NCBI GenBank assembly: GCA_944350265.1
Contig: CALVOG010000001.1
Coordinates: 149,470 to 213,469 of the forward strand
DNA: 64,000 nt
Direction of reading: 5' to 3'
Origin: an uncultured Clostridia bacterium
GTDB lineage: Bacteria > Bacillota > Clostridia > Christensenellales > UBA1242
Made by a program: the position numbers and the translations under genes. Within the stretch, counting starts at the first letter, position 1. The number at the start of each line of letters is the position of its first letter. This document shows, in pieces, positions 15,465 through 24,720 of this stretch. The notes below the pieces were generated by a model that did not search any database, was not told the DNA's origin, and was given only the letters and a program-made list of their open reading frames with translations.

Positions 15465-17954
15465 CTATTTGCAATCATAAAGCGTCTTGCCAACACCTAT
15501 GTTAACTTCAAGCGGAATTTGATAAGTCTTTACATTTTCCATACACTCTTTAACAATCTTCGAAACCTCGTTAAGTTCTTCCTTTTTAACATCAATAACA
15601 AGTTCGTCGTGGACCTGCAAAATTATGTGACTTTCAAAATTTCTCAGCTTCTTAAATGTGGCAATCATTGCAAGTTTTATGATGTCGGACGCCGTGCCTT
15701 GAAGAGGCATATTCATTGCCACCCTTTCGCCAAAATTGCGCACCATATGATTCGACGCTTTAAGTTCTGGTATCATTCTTATCCGCCCAAAATCGGTTTT
15801 CGCATAACCATTAACTTTAGCAAACTCAATGTTGGCGTCCATAAAACTTTTGATTTTTGGATAGCGCTCAAAATACGACGCAATGTATTCCTTCGCCTTA
15901 TACCGAGAGGTTTTGATGTTTTGCGAAAGTCCAAAGTCGCTGATGCCATAAATTATCCCAAAATTCACCGCCTTCGCGTCTCTTCGCATTGTGTTTGTCA
16001 CCTCACTTAGAGGCACATTGAAGATTTCGCTTGCCGTTTTTGTGTGAATATCAACGCCATTTTGATACGCCTCAATCATCGAATCTTCATTCGCCATATT
16101 TGCAAGAAGCCTCAGTTCGATTTGACTGTAATCGGCAGAGAGTATCAGCCCGTCTTCAAATTTAGACACAAATATCTTTCTTAAATTCCGCCCTTCCTCG
16201 TTGCGAGTTGGAATGTTTTGCATATTTGGTTCCGACGACGAAAGTCTGCCTGTGTTTGTCAGCGTTTGGTTAAAAATGGTGTGGATGACATTCCCGCGCG
16301 TTTTTATAAGGTCTTTATAAACATTAATATAAGTGCTTTTTAATTTATAAAGTTTTCGATAGCGAATGATATCGTTCACAATTTCGTGTTCAAACCTAAG
16401 TTCGTCTAAGATTGCAAAACTTGTGGAACGCTTCTTGTTGTTGTAAGGCACGATTTTCAATTTGTCAAACAAAATTCCAGCCACCTGCTTTGGTGAATTG
16501 ATGTTAAAATTTTCGCCCGCCTCGGCATAAATCCTCTCAGCGATTTCCGCAATTTCCTCGCTTATTTTTTTGTCGTATTCGCCAAGCGCAACCTCGTCAA
16601 TTTTAAAACCTTTTTCCTCCATATCAGCCAAAACTTTAACAAGTGGAAGTTCAATATTATAGTAAACAAAGTCGACATTTTTTGCCTTAATTTCCTTCTC
16701 AAAATCTTTCCTATATTTAAAATATTCGCCAACATTTTTCTCGTCATTTTTATTAAAAGAGGAAAAGCAAACATAGCGCGCAATTTCAATATCAAAGCAA
16801 TTTTTTAGAAAAATACCGTATTTTTTTAAAATTTTTATATCTTTTTTCGCATTTTTTGTGATTTTTACGATTTTTTCATTTTCAAAAACATTTTTCAGCA
16901 TTTTAATAACTTCACCCTCGTCAACATTCGAAGAGAATAAATCTAGGTCTTTTTTAAGAAAATATAAATGCTTTTTTGAGGCAAATTTAAGTTCCTCTAA
17001 ACTATAGGCAAACTCATCGTCAATCTCGTCTATGAGATTTGAAACGACGCTAATATTATCAATCAAAACCTCACTTAATGCCTCTTCTTTTTTAGGCACC
17101 TCGCCAAAAAGTTCAGCGCGCTTTAAGAAGGAATTAAAATTCATTTTTTCAAAAAACTCTCTCACCCTCTCGCTAAATGGAAAGACGTATTTAAACTCTT
17201 CAAAATTCACGTCGATATCACAATCGGTTTTAATTGTCGCAAGCGTTTTTGATAGATATGCGCTCTCCTTGCCAGCAATAAGTTTGTCTTTAAGTTTACC
17301 AGTCACCTCGTCGATATGCGCATACACCCCGTCAAGCGTGCGAAATTTATCTAACAGCGAAAGCGCAGTTTTTTCGCCAACGCCAGCAACCCCAGGGATG
17401 TTGTCAGACGAATCGCCCATCAGCGCCTTCAATTCAATAACACCACTCGGCTCAAAATTGAACTTATTTTTAATCGCACCTCTATCCATCACCTCAATTT
17501 CAGTGACGCCCTTTTTAGTTAGCCACACAACCGTGTTGTCACTAACAAGTTGCAACAAATCTCTATCACCAGAAAGAAGGATGTTTTCATTTTGCGAGTG
17601 GACGGAAAGCGTGCCGATGATATCGTCCGCCTCAATCCCGTCAAACTCCAAAACCTTAATTCCCATCAGCGCTAACATATCTTTAATAATAGGAAATTGT
17701 TTGATTAAGTCTTGCGGAGTTTCCTTTCGCGTGCCTTTATAATCTGCGTATATTTGATTGCGAAAAGTTTTGCGCGCGTGGTCAAACGCGACAGCAATGT
17801 AGTCGGGCTTTTGCTCAACAATAAGTTTAACAAGGATGTTTGCAAAGCCGAACACCGCACCCGACGGCTCACCAACCGCGTTTGTGAGATATGGCATAGC
17901 ATAATAGGCACGGTTAGCCAAACTGTTACCATCAACAATCAAAAATTTTTCCAT
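15465..17954 (-). CDS. polA: DNA polymerase I
   Basis: 5' nuclease domain LIVDGNSLANRAYYA and GDSSDNIPGVAGVGEKTA. Polymerase motifs LSADYSQIELR, RRDAKAVNFGIIYG and QVHDEL. Start set to MEKFLIVDG (17954), which has an AAGGAGAA RBS. Confidence 0.95.
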   Translation of the reverse strand: MEKFLIVDGNSLANRAYYAMPYLTNAVGEPSGAVFGFANILVKLIVEQKPDYIAVAFDHARKTFRNQIYADYKGTRKETPQDLIKQFPIIKDMLALMGIKVLEFDGIEADDIIGTLSVHSQNENILLSGDRDLLQLVSDNTVVWLTKKGVTEIEVMDRGAIKNKFNFEPSGVIELKALMGDSSDNIPGVAGVGEKTALSLLDKFRTLDGVYAHIDEVTGKLKDKLIAGKESAYLSKTLATIKTDCDIDVNFEEFKYVFPFSERVREFFEKMNFNSFLKRAELFGEVPKKEEALSEVLIDNISVVSNLIDEIDDEFAYSLEELKFASKKHLYFLKKDLDLFSSNVDEGEVIKMLKNVFENEKIVKITKNAKKDIKILKKYGIFLKNCFDIEIARYVCFSSFNKNDEKNVGEYFKYRKDFEKEIKAKNVDFVYYNIELPLVKVLADMEEKGFKIDEVALGEYDKKISEEIAEIAERIYAEAGENFNINSPKQVAGILFDKLKIVPYNNKKRSTSFAILDELRFEHEIVNDIIRYRKLYKLKSTYINVYKDLIKTRGNVIHTIFNQTLTNTGRLSSSEPNMQNIPTRNEEGRNLRKIFVSKFEDGLILSADYSQIELRLLANMANEDSMIEAYQNGVDIHTKTASEIFNVPLSEVTNTMRRDAKAVNFGIIYGISDFGLSQNIKTSRYKAKEYIASYFERYPKIKSFMDANIEFAKVNGYAKTDFGRIRMIPELKASNHMVRNFGERVAMNMPLQGTASDIIKLAMIATFKKLRNFESHIILQVHDELVIDVKKEELNEVSKIVKECMENVKTYQIPLEVNIGVGKTLYDCK

Positions 17955-18173
17955 AAATTCTCCTTTTGTGATAAAAAAATGGTTTTTTATCAGTTTTTTT
18001 ATAAAAATAACAACATTTTTTTGCAAAATTAATGTTTTTTTAAATCGTTTGTTTTTTTATTATTCGCCAACATCGCTTAAAAACCACTTGTTGCGAACTA
18101 TGAAAAAAAGCAAAAATTATGCCTAGATAGTTAAAAATGAGTGGCAAGTCTAATTTAAAACATTGCGCTTATC

Positions 18174-18467
18174 TTACTTAAACAAGTCAAAAATTTGATT
18201 AGGGCAGGCAAGCACAATGATATAGATAAGAATAACAAAAATAAGAATGATGAAGAACGCAACTTTTAGTGGACTGCCTGCAAAATTGACGAGCGCAAAA
18301 GTGAAGATGATTGCCACCCCGCCAAAGCTGACAATAAAATTAAAGACGCCCTGAAAGCCACCCATATCAGGCGCCCAACCTGCTTTTTGAATGAACACAT
18401 TGACAATCAAAAAGCCGATATAAATTATGGCGCAGATTGACAAAATTGTGTAAGCAATTTTTTTCAT
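18174..18467 (-). CDS. small membrane protein (97 aa, 3 TM)
   Basis: GGAGGTGG RBS. Three hydrophobic helices. No family recognised. Confidence 0.5.
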   Translation of the reverse strand: MKKIAYTILSICAIIYIGFLIVNVFIQKAGWAPDMGGFQGVFNFIVSFGGVAIIFTFALVNFAGSPLKVAFFIILIFVILIYIIVLACPNQIFDLFK

Positions 18468-19150
18468 ACCACCTCCTATTGCGATATAATAACACGACTT
18501 TTAAAACATTAGACCTAAATTAAGTTTTATTAGAAATAGCAGGTAAATTATGATTTAGTTATAGTTAATAAAATTTGATTAGTGATGTGAGTAATCCATC
18601 TTAGAATGATTCAAGAGCTGTCAACAGTTTCAAACAAACCTAGTAGATTTTGTAGGAACCGCCGTGAGGAATTATAAATCAGCATTTGTGGTTATTAAAA
18701 AGCATTTTGAATTGCTATGTTACATTCCTATGTTATTATGTTTGTCATTAATATAATATACTATTTTATTAACTAAGAATAGTCTAGCACAAACAACAAA
18801 TCATTTTCAAGTAAATCAATCAATAATTTTTGAAACATTCTTAGACATCGCTATCATTTTGCGAATGATTAAATTTCAGGCGGATAAAATTAAAGCGTTT
18901 AAAGCGCGATTAAAATATATTTCATAACCGATTTTAAGCGAACGAAAACTTTAGCCTTAAGAAAAAATAAGCCGAACGCCGTCGTTTTAAATATTCATAT
19001 TTATGTATAAATATTCACTCTCTTAAATCAATTTTTAAATCTTATTGATTTTAATAAAAAATTTTTAAAAATAAAAAACGTATTTTTAGGTTTGTTTTTT
19101 AATTATTTTTTAAAATAAATTGATTTTTTAATTAATTTTGTATCTAGTTT

Positions 19151-19190
19151 ATAAAATAAAAAATAGTCAGCAAGTTTTTTCCTGCCGACT
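19151..19190 (-). terminator. rho-independent terminator ending the phage-like operon
   Basis: Minus strand AGTCGGCAGG-aaaaaa-CTTGCTGACT (two G:U pairs) followed by a T-run, about 57 nt after the holin stop. Confidence 0.6.
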
Positions 19191-19246
19191 ATTTTTATTT
19201 TTTAATGTATATTTATGCATAAACTTTTTTAATTATACCACCATTA

Positions 19247-19834
19247 TTAATTGTCTTTATCGACCAATGTTTTATTATCCATATCATCTTGCGCATAGGA
19301 TTCTAAGCCGTCTTGCGAATTGCTGGAAGTTCTTTCGTTGTCCAAGCGTTTTTCAGCTTTTAACTTTTCCTCTTTCAAGTTTTCATTGCTCAAATTTTTA
19401 TCGTCAAAATTTGTATCATTCAAGTTTGCATTCAAGCTTTCATCTTCCAGGTTTGCCACATTCAAGTTTTTGTTGTTTGAGCCCTTATCTTCCAAATTTT
19501 CATTGCCCAGACTTTTATCATCCAAATTTGTATCATTTAAGTTATTATCGTTCAAACCAATGTCTAATTTGTTAATGTTCAAACTTTTATCTTCCAAGTT
19601 TTTATTTTCAAAGTTTTCATCATTCTCGTTTGAAGTGGCGCTGTTTTTGGTTTCTTTTGTTATAAAGCCCAAAACCACCAAAAGCCCCGCTATCGACATT
19701 ACAACATCCTCAACAATCTTATTGTCAATTTGAAAGTTAAAAATCTTGCCAATACAATTAATGAAAAGAACAAGGGCGCCAGAAAACGAAATCCAAAAAC
19801 TGTAACTTTTCATCCGCTCAAACAACTTCTTCAT
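19247..19834 (-). CDS. phage holin (Phage_holin_1/phi LC3-like N-terminus) fused to an NLxDx pentapeptide-like repeat tail
   Basis: The segment KSYSFWISFSGALVLFINCIGKIFNF...VMSIAGLLVVLGFI resembles LC3-type holins. About 20 five-residue NL(N/E/D)D(K/T/E) repeats follow. Start set to MKKLFERM (19834), which overlaps the upstream stop. Confidence 0.6.
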   Translation of the reverse strand: MKKLFERMKSYSFWISFSGALVLFINCIGKIFNFQIDNKIVEDVVMSIAGLLVVLGFITKETKNSATSNENDENFENKNLEDKSLNINKLDIGLNDNNLNDTNLDDKSLGNENLEDKGSNNKNLNVANLEDESLNANLNDTNFDDKNLSNENLKEEKLKAEKRLDNERTSSNSQDGLESYAQDDMDNKTLVDKDN

Positions 19835-20054
19835 CCTCAGCCTCATCACATCTAAGAAATTCTTTTATTTCACAAACCTCCTCCTTCACCTCTTTTAGAA
19901 TGTTTAAATTTTCGGTTAAATTTTCAATCGTTTCAATGTATTGCGCCTCTCGCCGTGAAGAGTCTTTAAGTTGATAGAGAAACAACCACACGAACAAAAT
20001 TGCAAACACGCCATTACTTATCACTATGCTTACTATCTCTTTCCAAAGTTCCAT
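19818..20054 (-). CDS. BhlA/UviB family holin-like protein
   Basis: One N-terminal TM segment (IVSIVISNGVFAILFVWLFLY) then a charged coiled tail (SSRREAQYIETIENLTENLNILKEVKEEV), typical of the BhlA family. 78 aa. Confidence 0.6.
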   Translation of the reverse strand: MELWKEIVSIVISNGVFAILFVWLFLYQLKDSSRREAQYIETIENLTENLNILKEVKEEVCEIKEFLRCDEAEDEEVV

Positions 20055-20151
20055 TTGCCACCTTCTAAAATTTGTTTTACCATAACACCATCTCCTTTTT
20101 TTAACAAAAAATCTTTCTTTTGAAATTTAAGATAGCATTTGTAAATCAATC

Positions 20152-21657
20152 TCACGAAATCACATCGAACACAATCATCGGTTTTGAAATATGGCAGTTT
20201 GCTTCATTTGTTTTAAAAACGAATTGAAAATTTTTGCCGTTAACAGAAACGCTCTTTCTTTCTTCCTTTTCGCTTCCGTCAAAGGAATAGGTTTTCGTTT
20301 CGACATCGCTGACAACCTCCACCTCGCACGCATACCTACTATTTAAGATTATCTCCTTAACCTTTTTATTCTTTCCTTTATATCCTAAGTCCGTGACAAA
20401 AGAACGCCAACTTTTTTCGGTGGAAATATCGAAGATTTTGCCACTACGCGTAAGTTCGCCAATCTTGCCAACATTCGCACCATTGAAGCACGCCACAACT
20501 TTGCTAAAATAAGGCGTGTCGACGGCGATAATTTTGTTGATATCCACCCCGCGCAAAACATCCACCTTGCCTGTTTCGATATCCACCTCAAAAAGCGCAT
20601 TGTTTTTAAAAGAGGACGCCTCGCATCCAACATCCTCGCCATCGCCAAAGTCGCATTTCGTTGCCAAATAATACTTCCCGTCCAAACAGCAAGCGGACGC
20701 ATTTTGGTTATCTAAGTTTTTGAAAAAGTGGTCATATTCCTCACAAATTTTCTTCACACTTGTGCCGTTAAACGAATACAGCCCCTCTCTGGTCACAAAA
20801 TAGATAACCTCGCCACAAACGCAAATGGATTTTTCGTAAATTTTCGAAGTGGAAAGATAGAGGTGCGTGAAAGAAAACTCGCCCTTTGTGGTATACGCCG
20901 AAATTTTGGTTATGCCGTTCTCGCGGAAGAGGTAAACATAGTCGTTGAACACCGCAAGTTTAGTGAACGCGCCCATCGAATCTAAGAACTCAATCACACT
21001 ACCCACATCGTCCGTCCACTCTCTCACGTCCAAATTTTGGTGATAGATAAGCTCGTTGCGATTGGTGTTCGTTATGCCAAACGCCATACCATAATGCACA
21101 ACAAGCGAAAGTAGTGGCGGAACATCAGCAAATCTTTGCGTTGTGTAGGCGCTCGAAAAGATAAGCCCATTAGAATCGAAAAATAAGAGACAATCATACT
21201 CGCCAATTCGATACGGAATGGTGGCGAGAATATTTTGAAAAAGAAGGCTGGACTTCGACAACGGCTCGCCATCAGCAACATCGATAAGAAGTAGGGTCCA
21301 AATTTGGTCGCGCTGGTCCTTAATCACCAAGTGGTAGTAATAGCAGTCGTCGTCGATATCCAAATACCTAAAATAGTCAATCGACCTAACCTCGGTTATC
21401 GTTTTTGAGGAAAGGTCGAAGGGATGCACATTTTCTAAGTCATCCTCGCTTGCTGGCACATTTAGAACTTTAAACCCAAGCCCCGTTTTAAGCGCGCCGT
21501 CAAGTGGTGAAAAATTATAAAAAGTTTTGCATTCGTTCGGCTTAGAGATTAAGTCGTCCTCATTAGAGACCACCCCTTCGCCAAAAACTGAAAAAGTGAT
21601 GTTTTTTTCCACAGTCTTTTTGTGCTTTTTAAGGTTTTTATAAAAAATCAAAACCAT
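20152..21657 (-). CDS. phage structural protein, beta-propeller-like (501 aa); sits where a podovirus tail hub/nozzle would be
   Basis: Start overlaps the upstream stop by 10 nt. Repeated YxF / YYLA / GLYSFNG strand-like motifs. No family recognised, so the role is inferred from gene order only. Confidence 0.3.
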   Translation of the reverse strand: MVLIFYKNLKKHKKTVEKNITFSVFGEGVVSNEDDLISKPNECKTFYNFSPLDGALKTGLGFKVLNVPASEDDLENVHPFDLSSKTITEVRSIDYFRYLDIDDDCYYYHLVIKDQRDQIWTLLLIDVADGEPLSKSSLLFQNILATIPYRIGEYDCLLFFDSNGLIFSSAYTTQRFADVPPLLSLVVHYGMAFGITNTNRNELIYHQNLDVREWTDDVGSVIEFLDSMGAFTKLAVFNDYVYLFRENGITKISAYTTKGEFSFTHLYLSTSKIYEKSICVCGEVIYFVTREGLYSFNGTSVKKICEEYDHFFKNLDNQNASACCLDGKYYLATKCDFGDGEDVGCEASSFKNNALFEVDIETGKVDVLRGVDINKIIAVDTPYFSKVVACFNGANVGKIGELTRSGKIFDISTEKSWRSFVTDLGYKGKNKKVKEIILNSRYACEVEVVSDVETKTYSFDGSEKEERKSVSVNGKNFQFVFKTNEANCHISKPMIVFDVIS

Positions 21658-22205
21658 CTCCGTTTAGGAAGGCGCAACTCGCTTTTCTTACGTGCAAGCA
21701 CGAACAAACTTTCCTTGAAGCGCTCCTCAAAGATTTCCGCGTCCTCGCCCAAGCCATCAAAAAGAAGATACTCGCTCGCCATTCCGTAGGCATAAATTCT
21801 TGCCGACAGCCCGCAGTTTAGTTCCACAGTGTCGCTAAGCGCAAGGTCGCCCGGCAAAAAGGAATAGGTGATTTTTTTAGCGTGACCGAACACCTCGATG
21901 TAGTTTGGATACGCCTTATATCGCACATTTTGCCCAAAACTTCCCTTAAGCGCAAAGATATTTATGACCTTTTTCGTCAAATTTGAATAGTTTAATATGG
22001 AATTTTTAACATCTATATTTTCAGTATGTAAAAAAGGGAGATAGTCAGATGCTATCTCTTGGTTGACAAGATTAAAACACCTGACTAATGTGTTCACCCG
22101 CTCATTCTCCCCGTCAGTCAAAGAATCGTTATTCTCCAACTTTGATGCGAGTTCCTTTTCGCCTATAAATAAGGCGGTGTAAATCACCAAATCTTTAACA
22201 ATCAT
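21648..22205 (-). CDS. phage structural protein (185 aa); sits where a head-tail adaptor would be
   Basis: Start set to MIVKDLV (22205), which has a GGAGG RBS and overlaps the stop of the 106-aa gene. The role is inferred from gene order. Confidence 0.3.
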   Translation of the reverse strand: MIVKDLVIYTALFIGEKELASKLENNDSLTDGENERVNTLVRCFNLVNQEIASDYLPFLHTENIDVKNSILNYSNLTKKVINIFALKGSFGQNVRYKAYPNYIEVFGHAKKITYSFLPGDLALSDTVELNCGLSARIYAYGMASEYLLFDGLGEDAEIFEERFKESLFVLARKKSELRLPKRRWF

Positions 22206-22515
22206 ACAATCTTGCCTCCGCTTCATTCAAAATTCGGTGACTCTTAACTTTAAGATTCCTCGCGTTTTCCTCTTCAATTTCCTTGAATAACTCATCCCTC
22301 TTCTCGCTCAGCGTTTTCTTAGTTAGAAAGAGCGTGCGCTCGTCGAGAGAGTCGAAGGGCAAAGTGAGGCAAAAGGTGTTATACTTCTGCGCTCTATTAT
22401 GAAGTTCGAAAACTTTACGCTCAATATTATAAACAACGAAGTAATCCTTATCGATTTCTTTTAGTCTTTTAACGATATCTAAGCAATCACTGTCAATTTC
22501 AAATGAATTTTTCAT
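22195..22515 (-). CDS. hypothetical phage-module protein (106 aa)
   Basis: Intact ORF, co-oriented and translationally coupled to the next gene. No family recognised. Confidence 0.4.
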   Translation of the reverse strand: MKNSFEIDSDCLDIVKRLKEIDKDYFVVYNIERKVFELHNRAQKYNTFCLTLPFDSLDERTLFLTKKTLSEKRDELFKEIEEENARNLKVKSHRILNEAEARLYDC

Positions 22516-22772
22516 ATTTTTTCCTTTTATTTAGTTAAGTTCGGCTAATTAAATTAGTTTTTGTGGTTAATGTTGGTAAATCTTATTAAAACTGCATCTT
22601 AGATAGGTTATTCAGTATTAAACTTACTTTTAGGTTACTATTATTAAGTTCTTCCTTTTCTAGTTTTGCTTTTTCCTGCTACTACTATGTTGCTCACTTT
22701 TATGTTTCATAAGGATAACCTTTCTTAAAGAAGCGCATTTTAATAAGAGCTTAATAGTTTTTTTCTATATAA

Positions 22773-23990
22773 TTAGGCGTCACTACCACTAGAGTCGTCG
22801 CTTGGTGGAGTCAAAGTTTTGGCGATTTGCATAATCTTACCCTGTCCGCAAGGTCTTTCGCAAAGAAGTTCGCAGTATTTAACAAGCGTTGCAGTGTAAG
22901 TTGCATATCCAGGATTTTGTCGCAAAATTCTGCCCGACTCATCTTCAAGCCACTTCCAATCACAAAGTTGATACATTGTGAAATCGTTGGTGTTAAGAAG
23001 ATACATAACACCTGACTTAACGTGCTTTTCGCCAACCACAGGAATACCGTTATAGGTTATCGTCTTATATCCACCCGCAAGTTCTGCAATGTCAACGTTA
23101 CGTCGATAAGCCGAAAGGTATTCTTGGTAAACCCTTTTCGTTCCAACGTCAGTTGCGATGTAGTTAATTCGTGAGCCAGATGTCATTTCCACGGCATCGA
23201 TACCTTCTTGGATAAGCGTGTCGCTGATGTAAACCTTTCCGCTATTCCTTTTGTATGGATTAAGCCACTTGTAGTCAGTCTTATTGAGCCCATAATAGGA
23301 ATTGATAGAGAAAAGCGCCTCAATACCCGTGATTTCCTTATCCTTGGAGTTTGGAATGTATGCCTTAGTGCCAGCGCCGATTTTATAAGATGAGAAGTTC
23401 GCTTTATCAAGGTAAACCTTTGCGTTCGCCTTGTCAACATACTCAACCATATACACCCCAGCGGCATCGCTGAATGTGCCGTCGTAACCGCGAAGTATTA
23501 ACGGCATTCCTTCAACCACATTGCCTGGAATATCCACAACCAAACTCTTTTCGCTTTCGTTTATCTCAGTTACTGAGAAAACTTCGCCTGAACCCATACC
23601 GTAAATCATTCTGCCAAGATTGAAGTTTCCTGCCTCAATAAGGCGTTGCATTTCGTCGTTTAAAAGGTTGACAAAGCTTGTGATGTTGTTGGAAGTCGCT
23701 CTAATTGCCTTGTCGGAAATTTCCAACTGTCCGTAAAGATTTTTAAGTTCCGCAACAAATTGAACATATTTTGTCGAACGCGGGTCTGGTAATTTACCAT
23801 CCTCAGCACCCGCAGCAAATCCGCCATTGATACCAACTGGCGCTGCCTTTCGAATTTCTTTGCCATAGATGTTGCTTGTGGAATGTTTAATCATTGAAAG
23901 AAGTGGGTTTGCCACCAAATTAAGTTGATTGGAAATAACGCCCAAATAGACATTTTTTAAGGCGTTTTCCGCACTTTGTAATGTTACCAT
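22773..23990 (-). CDS. phage major capsid protein (HK97-fold family)
   Basis: 405 aa, directly after the scaffold gene. Contains the capsid-family pattern KYVQFVAELKNLYGQLEISDKAIRATS...LLNDEMQRLIEAGNFNLGRMIYGMGSGE. Confidence 0.7.
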   Translation of the reverse strand: MVTLQSAENALKNVYLGVISNQLNLVANPLLSMIKHSTSNIYGKEIRKAAPVGINGGFAAGAEDGKLPDPRSTKYVQFVAELKNLYGQLEISDKAIRATSNNITSFVNLLNDEMQRLIEAGNFNLGRMIYGMGSGEVFSVTEINESEKSLVVDIPGNVVEGMPLILRGYDGTFSDAAGVYMVEYVDKANAKVYLDKANFSSYKIGAGTKAYIPNSKDKEITGIEALFSINSYYGLNKTDYKWLNPYKRNSGKVYISDTLIQEGIDAVEMTSGSRINYIATDVGTKRVYQEYLSAYRRNVDIAELAGGYKTITYNGIPVVGEKHVKSGVMYLLNTNDFTMYQLCDWKWLEDESGRILRQNPGYATYTATLVKYCELLCERPCGQGKIMQIAKTLTPPSDDSSGSDA

Positions 23991-24005
23991 TTTTTGCTCC
24001 TTTTG

Positions 24006-24719
24006 TTAGGAAAGTAAGTCAAAAAGAAAATTTTTCGCTTCCTCTAAGGTCGAAGGTTTTTGAGTGGCAACTTCTGCCACCCTGTTCCCCTTCGCCGATA
24101 TGATGATTGGTGACTTATTTTCCGCTAATTGATTTACATAGTTTTCAATCACTGCATTTTTGAGGTCATCATTGCTCAAAATGTAGTTTTTGACAGCCTC
24201 GTCACTTTTGTTGCCACGAATTTGGTTGAACACCATCTCCGCCCAAGCAAAAGAGAACGGGTCGTCCATTTTTTTTAGACTATCATCGTTTTTGACTTTT
24301 TCTTTGAGTTCTTCGCTATATTTTGTTGCCTCGCCGTTCGATAAGAGGAACTTTGAAAGTTTTTCGTCCAATTTTTCTTCATTTTCCTTATCTTCCAAAG
24401 CCTTGTCTCTTTCTAAGGCGGATAGTCTTTGGCACTTTTTTGTGAACTCTTTTTCGAGGTTGTTATATGCCTCCAAAAGCGCTTCCGCGTCCTTAAACTT
24501 ACCAACCGCATCCCGCGCTTCGGTTTTTAGTTTTTCCTCGTTTACCGCATCCCGCGCTTCGGTTTTTGCCTCTTCCTCGTTTTGGGAGTCCGCCGATTGT
24601 TCTTGTGCGCTTGGTGCGCTTTCCACCTCACTCACCAAATCAACATTCTTAGGCGATGCGCCATCCTCGTCGTCCAAGGTTAAATCTTCGAATTGTTCCC
24701 AATATTTTTCGTCGTCCAT
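24006..24719 (-). CDS. phage scaffolding protein
   Basis: Acidic, coiled-coil, 237 aa, between portal and capsid. DUF4355-like EALLEAYNNLEKEFTKK segment. Confidence 0.6.
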   Translation of the reverse strand: MDDEKYWEQFEDLTLDDEDGASPKNVDLVSEVESAPSAQEQSADSQNEEEAKTEARDAVNEEKLKTEARDAVGKFKDAEALLEAYNNLEKEFTKKCQRLSALERDKALEDKENEEKLDEKLSKFLLSNGEATKYSEELKEKVKNDDSLKKMDDPFSFAWAEMVFNQIRGNKSDEAVKNYILSNDDLKNAVIENYVNQLAENKSPIIISAKGNRVAEVATQKPSTLEEAKNFLFDLLS

Positions 24720-24720
24720 C

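Noticed and set aside
17955-18026. N-terminal extensions of track ORFs (polA to 18026, S8 protease to 12212, portal to 26637, spoVAC to 5227, truA to 33917, recombinase to 57642, zinc-ribbon to 53795)
   Set aside because: Internal ATGs are preceded by GGAGG-type RBSs at the proper spacing and coincide with the conserved N-termini of the families. The extensions run through promoters or repeats.
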